From the NCBI GenBank assembly GCA_964016885.1, contig CAXHJY010001446.1, forward strand, positions 35,403 through 99,402: 64,000 bases of DNA, read 5' to 3'. The DNA is from Eledone cirrhosa. Taxonomy: Eukaryota. Position numbers and translations under genes: made by a program. The first letter of the stretch is position 1. The number at the start of each line of letters is the position of its first letter. Below, piece after piece: positions 1 through 12,862 of the stretch. Below the pieces are notes generated by a model. The model was not told the origin of the DNA. It saw nothing but the letters and a program-made list of their open reading frames with translations, and searched no databases.

Positions 1-531
1 ATTTCTTGCAATGTGAATAAAGAGTCATGTTATAGAGAAACAAATAGATATTATTGTCAATGTAGTTAATTGACATATTTGATGGATAATTAAATACATT
101 TTGGAAATACTTCAGATATTTCTTCAGTATGACAACATTTCCCATTAGAGTGAAATGATATTTCTACTGGCATATTTAATTGGCACTGTTCCTATCTTTT
201 GGGACCCAAAGCTTTTCAAATATGTTGCTTGTTTGGTTCCTATCTATGTGGTTTTGTATTTGGTTGGCTTTGTCAATTCACCACAGTGCATGTTTCTGTC
301 TTCAAATGGTTTTGAAATTCATTTCATGATAAAATCTCTCTTTCACATTGGAATTCAAATTGTTCTTCTTGTCAAGTTAAACTTTACATTTCTCTTCTGT
401 TACAGATTTTTCCGATTGCAGAAACTGCTTCTATTGCTCAGAGAATTGGTCAAATAATGTAGGATCTCTGAGGTATTGAAACAAATATCAGCCAAAGCAA
501 AGATGTAAAAATAAATATATATATATATATA

Positions 532-581
<50 letters not shown>

Positions 582-682
582 TGAGTCAGAACTCTGATGG
601 CTGAGCTTATTCATATAACCATACTCTACTACCCCAAGTATTGAGTACTCTGGTGAGTAATGGTCTAACCAGTTTCTTATTG

Positions 683-743
<61 letters not shown>

Positions 744-799
744 ATATATATATATGGGTACATGCTGAAGCATATAAACAATATGCCCCCCCCCCCCCC

Positions 800-1074
800 C
801 CACCGCAAGGTGGTCGTGGAGGTGCCACGGCAAAAAAGCACCCAGCCCACACTGTAAAGTGGACGTGTAGGCGCCACGAAAAAGCACCCAGCACTCACTG
901 TAAATGAGGTTGGTGTTAAGAAGGGCATCCAGCTGTAGAAATCAAGCCAGATCAGTTCCTGTATGAGCAAGGCATGGTCAGCCGACCAGACACTGCCCAC
1001 AACAGGACAACCCGTCTAACCCATGCTAGCGTGGAAGAACGGACGTAAAACGGTGATGATGATGATGATGATGA
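800..1074 (+). mobile_element. Headless SINE body with RTE-type tail ending in (ATG)n
   Basis: Matches the 3' half of the SINE at 6048-6459 (GGTTGGTGTTAAGAAGGGCATCCAGCTGTAGAAA...CCATGCTAGCGTGGAAGAACGGACGTAAAACGGTGATGATG). Confidence 0.75.
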
Positions 1075-2589
1075 TATATATAAAAACGGTAGTTGATAGC
1101 AGATTAAATGTAACTAAGAATGCAGTTTTAATTTTGACTTTTTCAATGTTTCTCTTGAAAATAGGTAAAATAATGATTTCTTTATTGGCCACTAGTGAGT
1201 CCATCGTTTCAAATCTATATAAAATATGGTCTATTATGAACAGCTGACACAACTGTTGGAATACTATGAAAGTTATCTGAACAGAAACAAAACAAAAAAA
1301 TGTTGTTAACTATAAAAGGTATTGATTTGAAAAATTTAGAGAGGAACAAAGATTACAAATTATATTATTAAAATATAATTTGATAGTTCAAGATTTTAAA
1401 GAGAAATTGTAATCATTGTTCATATTTATATTTAATCTATTCTAAAGTGAATTCCCATTGGTATCAAAGTTACTGCTAATATATATTACGGAGTACTCCA
1501 GGCAAAATATGATACATTGGGTTATATATATGTATATATATGTATATATCTATATAATAGTAATAGGTGGTTCAGTAGATTTGTGGTTTACTGAGGTGGG
1601 TTTTTTTCTACCATATATATATATGAGTGTGTGTTTCTGTGTACATACATATATATATGTATGTAAACAGAAATAACAACACAATCGGTACAGTATATGG
1701 AAGGGATATATTAGGTTAACACTTGATATAGCAGGAAGATGTCTTACCGTTTTGGACGCTAGTACTTCATCAGAAGAAAGAATGAGAAATAAGATAGGTT
1801 GGGGGGATGGGCGGGATGATTGGAGATGGTATCTGCCGGGTTTTAAAGTGCCAAGAAACTGTATGTCACTGTATGTCACTATGGTGCCCCTATGACTCCA
1901 TCAGGAGTTCCATACCTACATAGAAACACACATACTTATATGTGAATGTGTGTGTGTTTGTGTATGCGTGTAAATATGTACATGCATACATACAAACATC
2001 AATGCACATGTATTATAAATTATGGAAATAGAAATGCATTTTCCTCACTACATTCAAATAAAACGTCTTTTAGGAATTAGGTTATGTGCAGAGAGATTGT
2101 AGAATGATTGTGAGTTAACACCAGCTTTGAGAGAGTATTTAAAGAAATTGTTGATCTGACAGGTAAAACTTCCAACATGTTCCTGTTAGATGGAAAAATA
2201 TTTGCTGCTAGAAAATTTGGTTTGGATCAGCATAAATAATAGAAGAGTGTGTAGTTACAGTTTTATTAAAGCACACACACACACATATATGTGTGTAAAT
2301 ATACATATATTTATATATATATATTAACCTGTTAGTTTTTTTGTAACTTTGGTATTGTGTGGTTAGGTTTTGCCTACCGCAATGTTCAATTTGTCAAGCT
2401 ATTTAAACATGTTATTACTCTAAGGATCTACCCTTATTGAGTGCTTTGCTAACTCATTCCTATTGTAGGTCGACCTTGCTTGCCCACAGCCAAAGCTTCA
2501 ATTTTACTAAGCTTCCACTTACATATCATCATCATCATCACCGTTTTACGTCCGTTCTTCCATGCTAGCATGGGTTAGACGGTATTATA

Positions 2590-2878
2590 TATATATACAT
2601 ACAATATATATATACATACATTATATATATACATACATTATATATATATTCATACATTATATATATATTCATACATTATATATATATTCATACATTATAT
2701 ATATATTCATACATTATATATATATTCATACATTATATATATACATACATTATATATATATACATTATATATATATACATTGTATATATACACATTTATT
2801 ATATATATATACATTATATATATACACATATATTATATATATACATATATTATATATATACATACATTATATATATAC
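2590..2878. repeat. AT-rich minisatellite, unit ~CATACATTATATATATATT
   Basis: Directly visible tandem units; the overlapping ORF is an artefact. Confidence 0.8.
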
Positions 2879-2880
2879 AG

Positions 2881-3064
2881 TGAATTGGCAATATCGGTAG
2901 AGGGTCGGACGCCATGCTTTGACGCATAGAGTTACGGCCCTTGCCATTCTGAGTTCAAATCCCGCCGAGGTTGACTTTGCCTTTCATCCTTACAGGGTCG
3001 ATAAAATAAAGTACCAGTAATGCACTGGGTAATTGCTGGCCTTGTGCCTAAAGTAGAAACAATT
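2881..3064 (+). mobile_element. tRNA-derived SINE with Nin/Deu-like central domain (resembles octopus OR-type SINEs)
   Basis: A-box-like TGGCAATATCGG, B-box GAGTTCAAATCC, then GCCTTTCATCCTTACAGGGTCGATAAAATAAAGTACCAG. Many copies occur in the window. Confidence 0.8.
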
Positions 3065-3118
3065 ATATATATATACATATGTAAATATACATATATTTAT
3101 ATATATATATATATATAT

Positions 3119-3313
3119 AACGAAGGAGGTGCGGTAAGGAACCAGATGGACCATAATGCACCAGAGTACTCAATACTTAGGGTAGTAGAATGGGTAATAG
3201 GAAAATGTTTGACCCCAACGGCAGAGCTCAAGCCGTTTCGACGGCTATTTCTGGACTCAGAAATAGCCATCGATACGGCTTGAGCTCTGCCGTCGGGGTC
3301 AAACATTTTCCTA
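3119..3313 (-). mobile_element. Short PLE pLTR-like element (family A) with fold-back
   Basis: Inverted repeat 3197-3252 / 3258-3313. Same family as 16207-16414, 41041-41210 and the fragment 620-680. Flanked by (TA)n. Confidence 0.65.
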
Positions 3314-3894
3314 TATATATATAAGCAGTGATTTAGAAGTAGCTGCAATGCAGTTTGGTAGAGTTTTAAATATAAGAACAAACAGAAGAACATGTCTAAC
3401 AAACAGAAGAACATGTCTACTTTTGAATATTTAATAATCTGATATTTCGATGTTTTACAGAAAAAACTGTAAAAAAAAAGCGGTAATCTTTAGTGTTAGA
3501 TATTCTCATGTAATCTAACCAACATAGAATCATCATGGCTTTCTAAATACCTCACTCACTCTTTTTTTTACATTTCGCAGTATTTCAAGCCGATACATTA
3601 CTACTACCACCACCACAGCTACTACTGCTACTACTAGTACTACTATATACATGTAAGTATGTACCTGTATATATTTATTGGAACAGAATAAACTCTCCTC
3701 TCTCACTCTATCTGTATATTTCTAACACACTCACACACTCATTGTATATTTCTAACACACTCACACACTCATTGTATATAGTTGTATCAATATATGTATA
3801 TAAAGGACACAATTTTTTATGTCATATAATTCTTCAAGAAAACAGGGACTTCGAAGTCTCACATAATGCCACTAATCAATCTATATATATATAT

Positions 3895-4140
3895 ATCCAA
3901 GGAGTGTAACTTGGAGTTACTGTTGGTTAACCTGGGTGAGCACTTGATGTTTAGGTTCACTTCAGTGTCGAGGTGTAGAGCTATACAGAGTGTATTATCG
4001 TTAAATAAGATAACAAGGATGATTGGTTACTATTTCATTATGTTTATTGGTTGGTGACGCGCGCTTCGCCACTGACCAGCTCAAGGTTCGATCTGTATCG
4101 ATCTGACCTAACTCTGTAATCCGCAGCTCGTCAGACCTCT
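3895..4140 (-). mobile_element. pLTR-like fragment with degenerate hammerhead
   Basis: Minus strand reads ggt-CTGACGA-gctgc...gtggc-GAAG-cgcgcg-TC-acc, followed by AATAAA. The core GAAA is mutated to GAAG. Confidence 0.55.
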
Positions 4141-4163
4141 ATATATATATGTATGCATATATA

Positions 4164-4318
4164 TCATCATCATCATAGTTTGACGTCCATCTTTCACGCT
4201 AGCATGGGTTAGATGGGAGTTGTCCTACTTGAGGCAAGGTTGGTCGGGTGACTGTGTCTCGCTCATATAGGACTATCTGGCAGGTTTTCCCTTTCTACAA
4301 ACTAGAACTTTAGTCTTA
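4164..4318 (-). mobile_element. Internally deleted RTE derivative (3' tail joined to a short ORF piece)
   Basis: (CAT)n tail plus 3'UTR resembling 7169-7295, joined to CTACAAACTAGAACTTTAGTCTTA, which is identical to RTE ORF positions ~8500-8523. Confidence 0.6.
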
Positions 4319-4355
4319 TATGTATGCATATATATATGTCTAAATATATCAACAC

Positions 4356-4750
4356 ATGGTGGCTGCCAACTCGTCTTCGAGTACGGTCACTACTTTATAT
4401 CCATGTAGGAGAACCCCTACCGATGCGCTGAACGAGTGTGACTTTTTAGTCCAGCCAGCGACTTGAAAACTCTGATACAAACACAACACTTGCGACAATT
4501 ATTGACACATAGTGCTGGGCCCATGGTACCATGTGACGACAAGTGCAGAGAGATCTCCAGATATAAAGCAATGCCTGTGCCGTGAAGCTTTTATAGTGAG
4601 CAAAGGCACTGCACAAAGCCAGTCCCACTCTCTTAACCAAGATGATATTTACCAAAAAGAAGAACAAGTCAACATCATTGGATACCATCAGGGTTGCAGG
4701 TGTTATGTTTTCCTTCTCCTAGAATTCTGCCTTGACAAAGGCTAAGAGGT
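4356..4750 (-). mobile_element. Non-autonomous RTE-derived element (family R), copy 1
   Basis: Near-identical to 44180-44665 and 49530-49729. Confidence 0.7.
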
Positions 4751-5093
4751 CAACATATACATACATACTTACATACATATAAATATATACATCCATATAT
4801 ATACATCCATATATATATATGTATATATATATATATGTATATATATATTTATATGTATGTAAGTATATATTTATATGTATGTAAGTATGTATGTAAGTAT
4901 GTATGTATATGTTGATATATTTACACATACACACACACACACATATATATGCATACATATATATATATATATCATCATCATCGTTTAATGTCTATCTTCC
5001 ATGCTAGCATGGGTTAGACGGGAGTTGTCCCAATTTGAGGCAAGGTTGGTCTGGTGACCGTGTCTCGCTCGTATAGGACTATATATATATATA

Positions 5094-5432
5094 GGCACAT
5101 GGCTTAGTGGTTAGAGCATTGGCCTTGCAATCGAAAGGTTGTGAGTTCAATTCCCAGACCGGGTGATGTTTTGTTTCATTGAGCAAGACACTTTATTTCA
5201 AATTGCTCCAGTTTACTCAGCTGTAGAAATGAGATGATAGGGACTAGGGTCCCTATCATTCCACTGCAAAGTGGTTGTGGAGGTGCCATGGCAAAAAAGC
5301 ACCCAGTACTCACTGTAAATGAGGTTGGTGTTAGGAAGGGCATCCAGCTGTAGAAATCAAGCCAGAATCAGTTCCCGTCCCACCCTTGCAAGCAGGGAAA
5401 AGCGGACGTAAAATGATGATGATGATGATGAT
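5094..5432 (+). mobile_element. Full-length tRNA-head SINE with RTE-derived tail
   Basis: A-box TGGCTTAGTGG, B-box GAGTTCAATTC, central TTGAGCAAGACACTTTA, tail shared with the RTE 3'UTR, (ATG)n end. Confidence 0.85.
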
Positions 5433-6047
5433 ATATATGCATGTGTCTGTATGGGTGTGTGTGTTTTTGTGGTTTTTTTCAGCATGGAAATATGTACATT
5501 TACAAAAGCATATATTTTACAAAATCACAATCGCAAGATTACAAGATAATTAGCAATAAAACGAGATGAAGATTAACAATCAAATATTCTGAAGACAAAA
5601 CAGAAAATATGGAGAAATATCCGGAATAAATTAAAGCTGCCAGACTTTAGAAAGAGACAAAAATGAACACTTGTGTTCTGTTATTCCTCACAAGGCTGTG
5701 ATACATCAAGATTAATAGAATACACATGATGTTGAGAGCTTTTTCCTTATTACACCAAGGATTTGCAGATTGGAGTGACACAATCACAACTTCAGCCCCA
5801 CTACCAATTAGGAAATAGTCTATAACATAGGTATATATAAAGATATATATTTAAAGATATATATATATATATATTTATAAAGATAGATATATATATATAC
5901 CTACACACACAAGCCAAAACTGTTTGGGACCGCAGTCGGTATTTCACATATCTCTATACCCACTCTGCATCTCCCTATGTATTGAGTACTCCAATCATTG
6001 CTGGTCTTCCCGGTCTAAGCACCGCAGACTCTCTCCCTCTCTCTCTC

Positions 6048-6459
6048 TGGTTAGAGCATTGGGCTTGCAATCGAAAGGTTGTGAGTTCAATTCTCGGACC
6101 AGGTGATGTGTTGTTTCCTTGAGCAAGACACTTTATTTCACATTGCTCCAGTTTACTCAGCTGTAGAAATGAGATTATAGGGCCTGGGGTCCCTATCATT
6201 CCACTGCAAAGGTGTTGTGGAGGTGCCACAGCAAAAAAGCACCCAGCCCACACTGTAAAGTGGACGTGTAGGCCCCATGGAAAAAAAGCACCCAGCACTC
6301 ACTGTAAATGAGGTTGGTGTTACGAAGAGCATCCAGCTGTAGAAATCAAGCCCATATGCGCAAGACAAAGTCAGCTGACTGGACACTGCCCACAACAGGA
6401 CAACCCGTCTAACCCATGCTAGCATGGAAGAACGGACGTAAAACGGTGATGATGATGAT
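6048..6459 (+). mobile_element. tRNA-head SINE, longer variant
   Basis: Same head as 5094. The AAAAAAGCACCCAG module is duplicated and the tail resembles 800-1074. Confidence 0.8.
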
Positions 6460-6985
6460 ATATATATCATCATCTTCGTTTAACGTCCATCTTCCACAGT
6501 ATATACATATGTATAAATATATATATATATATATATACATAAGAACTCTGGATTCTGTTTTTTCAAATATTGATAATTGATGCTGTCAGGTATGAAAGAT
6601 AGGAGGGAAAAGTAAGAGCCGTTTCTAATATTTATTTCTCTTTTAGGGTCGAACGCTTTATTTTCTTTTTGTTAACAGCCGAATGCATAAATATCGATAT
6701 ATGTGACAATATATCAATACCTCCTCAAAGATTCTTCAGTTATAGGGCACACGTGCCTATCTCTATATAAATATTTAATATAAATCTTTAGTGACATATA
6801 TGTATATATATATGTATATATCATTATCATCGTTTAACTTCCATCTTCCATGCTAGCATATATATATATATATATATATATGTGTATGTATATATATATA
6901 CATATGTATATATATATATACATACATATGTATATATATATATATATACATATATATGTATATATATATATACATATATATATAT

Positions 6986-7028
<43 letters not shown>

Positions 7029-7168
7029 TATATATATATATACACATATATATATATATATATATAGATATATATGTATATATATACATATATATGTATA
7101 TATATATATACATATATATGTATATATATATATACATATATATGTATATATATATATACATATATATG

Positions 7169-8576
7169 TCATCATCATCATCATCATCAGGTTTAGCGTC
7201 CGTGTTCCACGCTTGCATGGGTTTGGACGGGGGTTTTCCCACTTGAGGCAAGAGTGGTTGTCTTGCTCGCATAGTACTGTCTGGCGGGTTTTCTACAGTT
7301 GGATGCCCTTCCTAACACCAACCACATTTACAGTGTGGGGCTGGGAGGTTTTTACCGTGTTGCCTACACGGCCACATTACAGCGTGGACTGTCTGGCGGG
7401 TTTTCTACAGCTGGATGCCCTTCCTAACACCAACCACATTTACAGTGTGGGGCTGGGAGGTTTTTACCGTGTTGCCTACACGGCCACATTTACAGCGTGG
7501 ACTGTGTGTTTTTTGTCGTGACACCTACACGATCTCATTTGTTTCGGCCTGGATGTTGTGGGACCAACATAACTTTACATTGAAAGGGGCGGTGTGGGTG
7601 GGGTGGAGGTGGTGGGACGGGGGGGTGTTTTGATAGAGGTGCCTACTGACTGTAGTAGGTTTTTACTTTGTATTTAGGTAAGGCGGGTCTTCTCTATTAC
7701 TGAGTACCGCCAAAGGTCTCGGTCCAGTGACATTGTCTTGGAGAGGTGTAAGCGTGTGAGGTCGGAATTTATCAGCTCGTCCCATGTTTTTCTGGGTCTG
7801 CCTACTCCGTGGCTACCGTCTATCTTTATTGCCCTGCACTTTGTTATACAGCTGTCGTCTTTCATGCGCATCACGTGACCGTACCAACGTAGCCTTCTCT
7901 CGAGTAAACAACATCTGATCCCTCTTATTTCTAATTTTTTCCTTAGTTCGTTTATGCTTTGCCGTTCGCGTATATTACTATTGCACATCCAGCGGAGCAT
8001 GCAAGCTTCGTTCCTCTCTAGTCTGCGTATATCCTCTGCACACAATGCCCAGGTCTCACTGCCATGCAGCATTGCTGTTCGTATGCAGGCATCGTATAAC
8101 CTGCCTTTCATTTTTAGGGAGAACCCTCTAGCGGCTAATAGTGGTATAAGCTCTCTGAACTTTTTCCATCCAGTTCTGACTCTAGCTACTGTACTTTCAG
8201 AGCACCCTCCCCCACTGCTGATTTTGTCACCCAGATAACGGAAGCTGTCCACTATTTCTATAGAACCCTCTGCGCAGTTGAAGGAGCTAGTATTTTGTGG
8301 GCACTTGCTGCTACTTATTGCACCAGAGCACCGGCCACATGTAAAATCTATGTTCTTAGTTAGCTTACCTGTGATCCCACTACATCTTTTATGCACCCAT
8401 ACTTTGCATTTGGGACATAAAATGGAGTTTCTACCTACGCCTTTCCTACACACTGAGCATGGCCATTTCCCCGATGGGACCGCCGCCTTATTTTCTTTCC
8501 TACAAACTAGAACTTTAGTCTTAGCCAGGTTAATTTTAAGGCCTTTTGATTCTAGGCCGTGCTTCCACGTTTGGAA
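7169..8576 (-). mobile_element. 5'-truncated RTE-clade LINE (end of RT, Cys-rich insert, C-terminus, 3'UTR, (ATG)n tail)
   Basis: Open frame ~8576-7674 reads [40 protein letters not shown]...[41 protein letters not shown]. The 3'UTR contains a ~113-bp tandem duplication (7277-7503). The 5' end abuts (TA)n. Confidence 0.92.
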
Positions 8577-8644
8577 TATATATATACATATATATGTATA
8601 TATATATATATACATATATATGTATATATATATACATATATATG

Positions 8645-8722
<78 letters not shown>

Positions 8723-8730
8723 ATAATAAT

Positions 8731-9066
8731 GGAAGCACATGGCTTAGTGGTTAGAGCATTGGCCTTGCAATCGAAAGGTTGTGAGTTCAATTCTCAGACC
8801 GGGTGATGTGTTGTTTCCTTGATCAAAACACTTTATTTCTCATTGCTCCAGTTTACTCAGCTGTAGAAATGAGATGATAGGGACTGGGGTCCATATCATT
8901 CCACTGCAAAGTGGTCGTGGAGGTGCCACAGCAAAAAAGCACCCACCACTTACTGTAAATGAGGTTGGTGTTAGGAAGGGCATCCAGCTGTAGAAATCAA
9001 GCCAGAATCAGTTCCCGTCCCACCCTTGCAAGCAGGGAAAAGCGGACGTAAAATGATGATGATGAT
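8731..9066 (+). mobile_element. Full-length tRNA-head SINE with RTE tail
   Basis: Near-identical to 5094-5432. Confidence 0.85.
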
Positions 9067-9490
9067 TAATTCAAAATATTAACAAAAATAGACATTCATG
9101 TGATCAAGATATTTTATTATACATATTTCAGAGGTACTGAGCTATCTTCAATAGTACGTCCTCATCAGATAAAATAAGATGATGCATGACATACCCTGAT
9201 ATAGTAGATGGTTAAGATTCAGTCATGACTACCATGACTGAATCTTAACCATCTACTATATCAGGGTATGTCATGCATCATCTTATTTTATCTGATGAGG
9301 ACGTACTATTGAAGATAGCTCAGTACCTCTGAAATATGTATAATAAAATATCTTGATCACATGAATGTCTATTTTTGTTAATATTTTGAATTAATATTAA
9401 TAACTCCGGAAAACCAATACTGTTGAGTGCTTTCAATCTATTGTAAAACTAATTCTTTGATTTATTCATTGAACCTTGTTTAACCTTTAA
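9065..9490 (+). mobile_element. Fold-back pLTR-like element: 163-bp inverted arms plus 3' tail
   Basis: Arms 9065-9227 and 9233-9395 appear perfectly complementary around a 5-nt loop. The tail carries ACTC...GAGTGCT. Another partial arm lies at 42750-42855. Confidence 0.8.
9284..9350 (+). ncRNA. Type-I hammerhead ribozyme motif (mirror copy on minus strand 9110-9176)
   Basis: Stem I tattttat/ataaaata, CTGATGA, stem II with gtact/agtac, GAAA, stem III a-ta-tg-ta-t, cleavage triplet AUA. Confidence 0.7.
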
Positions 9491-9850
9491 ATATATATAT
9501 ATATATAACCAATTACAACAGCATATATCCCAATAGCTTACTTCATCAATATAACTTTCTATTGTATATAACAATTGATAAATCTGTATCTAGTAAGATT
9601 CTAATACGGTTCCATCTTTCAATAATTCCATTCTTTCAAATCTAAAATTCTATATTGTCATCAGATTTATTATAAATATTTAATTATTTAAATATATAAC
9701 CTATACTTTCCATTAAAAACTCAATAAATGAAAGTAGTTTGATTTATATTATAGAAGTCAACTGTATAATAGCTTTCTTATGTATCAGCTTTAATAAAAC
9801 TGGTTATGTATTCTTATATCGAATAATTATTTGAGATTATACAATCTTCT

Positions 9851-10000
9851 GGGTGGTGAATTGTCAGTCGTTAGAACGTTGGATAGAATGCTTCGCAGTA
9901 TTCGTTTCTGCTCTCTGAGTTCAAATCCCGACGAGGTCAACTTTGCCTTTCATCCATTCGAGGTTGATAAAAAAATGTACCAGTCAAGTACAGTGGTCGA
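9851..10000 (+). mobile_element. Nin/Deu-like SINE, diverged
   Basis: CTGAGTTCAAATCCCGACGAGGTCAACTTTGCCTTTCATCC. Confidence 0.7.
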
Positions 10001-10371
10001 TTTTTCCTCTATATATCTTTCTCACTTCCTCTCTCCCACTATCTCTTCATATATATATATTATAAGTACCAGTCTAGTACTGGGGTCAATTCTTCCTCTA
10101 TATCTCTTTTTCACTTCCCTTCTCTCTTTCACTGGAAGAAATCTGCTGTACTCAGACCTGGAGAGGAGATGGGCTCTGCCAGGTTTTAAAATGCCTTAAG
10201 AAATACCGTATATCACTATGGCGCTCCTACATCTCCCTCAACACAGGACCATGCAGGCATACAATTTTCTACACTCATTCAAAGATGTAGCAAGGATTTT
10301 TTAAAAACTTTTCTTCCATACCGCTTTTTATATTATTTTATTGTTTCATTCAATGCTGTGACTGTGCTATG

Positions 10372-10402
<31 letters not shown>

Positions 10403-10476
10403 AGAACGAGGAATCAGTATTGCATCAAATCACAATTTATTAACATATTACATATGTTTCTCCGTCGATCAGCTCG

Positions 10477-10823
10477 ATCATCATCATCATCATCATTTCA
10501 TTTTACGTCCACTTTTCCCTGCTTGCAAGGGTGGGACGGGAACTGATTCTGGCTTGATTTCTACAGCTGGATGCCCTTCCTAACACCAACCTCATTTACA
10601 GTGAGTGCTGGGTGCTTTTTTGCCGTGGCACCTCCACGACCACTTTGCAGTGGAATGATAGGGACCCCAGTCCCTATCATCTCATTTCTACAGCTGAGTA
10701 AACTGGAGCAATGTGAAATAAAGTGTCTTGCTCAAGGAAACAACACATCACCCGGTCTGAGAATTGAACTCACAACCTTTCGATTGCAAGGCCAATGCTC
10801 TAACCACTAAGCCATGTGCCTCC
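10477..10823 (-). mobile_element. Full-length tRNA-head SINE with RTE tail
   Basis: Reverse complement of the 5094/8731 family, with (CAT)n at the left end. Confidence 0.85.
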
Positions 10824-10831
10824 ATGTGCCT

Positions 10832-10865
<34 letters not shown>

Positions 10866-11265
10866 TACAGGCTTCTATAATTACCGTCTACCAAATTCCT
10901 CAAGGCACTAGTTAACTCGAAGCTATACTAGAAGACACCGTACAACAAGAGTGAACCAGAATTGCAAGGTTGCTAAGTGACATTCTTAACTATATAACCA
11001 TGCCTGCACCTATATATCTTCATTTGAATTTAGTTTGATGTTGTTTTATATTAAAATATAATCTTGTTTATAATCCAATGTCTTCATATTCCAGATTGTT
11101 TTCATCTGTTAACGTTTATTTTTTTTGATATTTGCTAAAATAATACCTTTCTGTCAACATTTACCAAATTACTTTTTTGTGACAACATATAGTTTACAAA
11201 CACACAACACTTATATGAACAAAGTCTGTAAAAGATATTTTAAGACGTGTAAGTTTATTGATTAA

Positions 11266-11575
11266 GGAGGTGTATTGGCAGAGTTGTTAAAGTGCTGGAC
11301 AGAGTACCAATTGTTGTTTGTTCCGACTCTCTGTTCTCCGAGTTCAAATCTGGGTGAGGTCAATTTTGATTTACATCCTTTCGAGGTTGATAAAAAAAGT
11401 ACCAGTCTAGTATTGGGGTCAATTCTTCCTTTGTAAATCTTTCTCACTTTCTATCCATCTCTGGAAGGTTGAAAGGCAAGGTGAACTATGACCAGATTTG
11501 AACTCAGATCACAGAGAGCCATTATTAAACTGACAAGATATTCTATCCAACGTTCTAATGAGTTTGTCAGCTAAT
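11266..11575. mobile_element. Two diverged Nin/Deu-like SINEs in opposite orientation
   Basis: GAGTTCAAATC...CATCCTTTCGAGGTTGATAAAA on plus, then GAAAGGCAAGGTGAAC...GATTTGAACTCAGA on minus. Confidence 0.6.
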
Positions 11576-11869
11576 CATACCTCACCTTTTTACATATCTT
11601 TTATTTTCAGTTTTAAATTCTAATCAATATTATTTATCTTATAAATGCTTTATTCTCGCCAGTATTTTAACATATTTTCACACATTTTCCTATAATTTCA
11701 TAACATATGGTTTCCTTCTATCTTTTTTAATTAAATAACAGTTAATCACTGTTACTAACAACTCATAGTTTTCACACATTTACTCTACTGATTACTATTT
11801 CTACAAAACTGTCTTATTTTATATAAGTTTTACAGTTAATTTCATTTAAATCGATATGTTCATCATCAT

Positions 11870-12260
11870 CATCTCCTTCTTCTCCTTCAGTGAACTCCCA
11901 GAGCAAACTAAGGATGTTGAAATGGAGAGGAGACTGTTTAAATCAACAGTTTCTGCTTCAGCTGTTAAATTCTGTGGGAGAAAGTGGCTTGGTGTGACAC
12001 CAGGTTGCAGGAGGACCTATTGGTTTAATCAAGAGGGTCAAAGAAGCCATTTAAGCAAATAAGGAGGCCTACAAAGCTTGTCTTGTAAATAAGTCCTCCT
12101 CCTTGTACTTGCAGAAGAAGCAAATGCAAAATATCACAACAGAGACATTAAAGTCATCCAAAGTTAAGAGATGGGAGGACTTTGGTGGTTAAGCTGTAAT
12201 CCGACTTCAGATCAACAAATACAAATTTTGTTGAGTAACCAGTGGGGAGGGGGCACCAAG
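11870..12260 (+). pseudogene. Decayed Expander/Rex3-like RTE LINE fragment (EN-RT linker)
   Basis: Across frameshifts it reads DVEMERRLFKSTVSASAVKFCGRKWLGVTPGCRRTYWFNQE-VKEAI...KEAYKACL...KVKRWEDFG...SDFRSTN, resembling the Rex3/Expander linker. Confidence 0.65.
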
Positions 12261-12654
12261 TTAATCTTAAAGACAAACAATGGATATTTACGCCTCTATC
12301 CTCTCTTTTAGTCTTTAAGTGTAACTTACCCAATTTCCTCAACTATTATCTATTGTGATTGACAGTTATTCCAATTATTTTCTACGTTTGGGAGATTTTC
12401 CTATCATTACAAGGTTTCTCAGCCCCTCATTCTTCTTATTTTTATTTCCAGATCTTTTTAATTAGACAATTTATCTATTTCTTTAAAAGCTACATTCTGA
12501 TGTGACTGATATACTGGTCAGAGGACATTTCCGGACGGTCCTTGAAAACAATATCCGGTTGATTTTGCCTTCACCTCTCTGCTGGAAACAATTCCTCATA
12601 ACAATATCCGCCAGATTATGTTATTCCTTTGTTATTATTATGCATCAACATTAA

Positions 12655-12862
12655 GGTTACTGGACTAATAGAATCAGTAGAGCGTTGGAAAAATAGATAA
12701 TTGTATTTTTCCTGTTATTTAGATTCTGAGTTCAAATCCTGCTGGGATCAATTTTGGTTTTCGGGATTGATAAAATAAAATACCAGTCAAATACTGGGCG
12801 TCGATTTAATCGTCTTTCTCCTCTTCAAAATTGCTCGGCTTATACCTTGAGTAGAAATTATT
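12655..12862 (+). mobile_element. Nin/Deu-like SINE, diverged
   Basis: TTCTGAGTTCAAATCC...GATAAAATAAAATACCAGT. Confidence 0.55.

Noticed and set aside
406-472. Candidate plus-strand exon (TTACAG...GAG|GTATTG; FSDCRNCFYCSENWSNNVGSL)
   Set aside because: Splice signals are plausible, but there is no recognisable homology or partner exon. Needs RNA-seq.
1743-1776. Hammerhead-like CTGATGA...AAAAcggTA on minus (similar decayed cases near 58648 and 60230-60270)
   Set aside because: Core GAAA is mutated and the stems pair poorly, so these are relics at best.
5094-5165. tRNA gene
   Set aside because: A/B boxes are present, but it is the head of a multi-copy SINE and lacks a proper acceptor stem.
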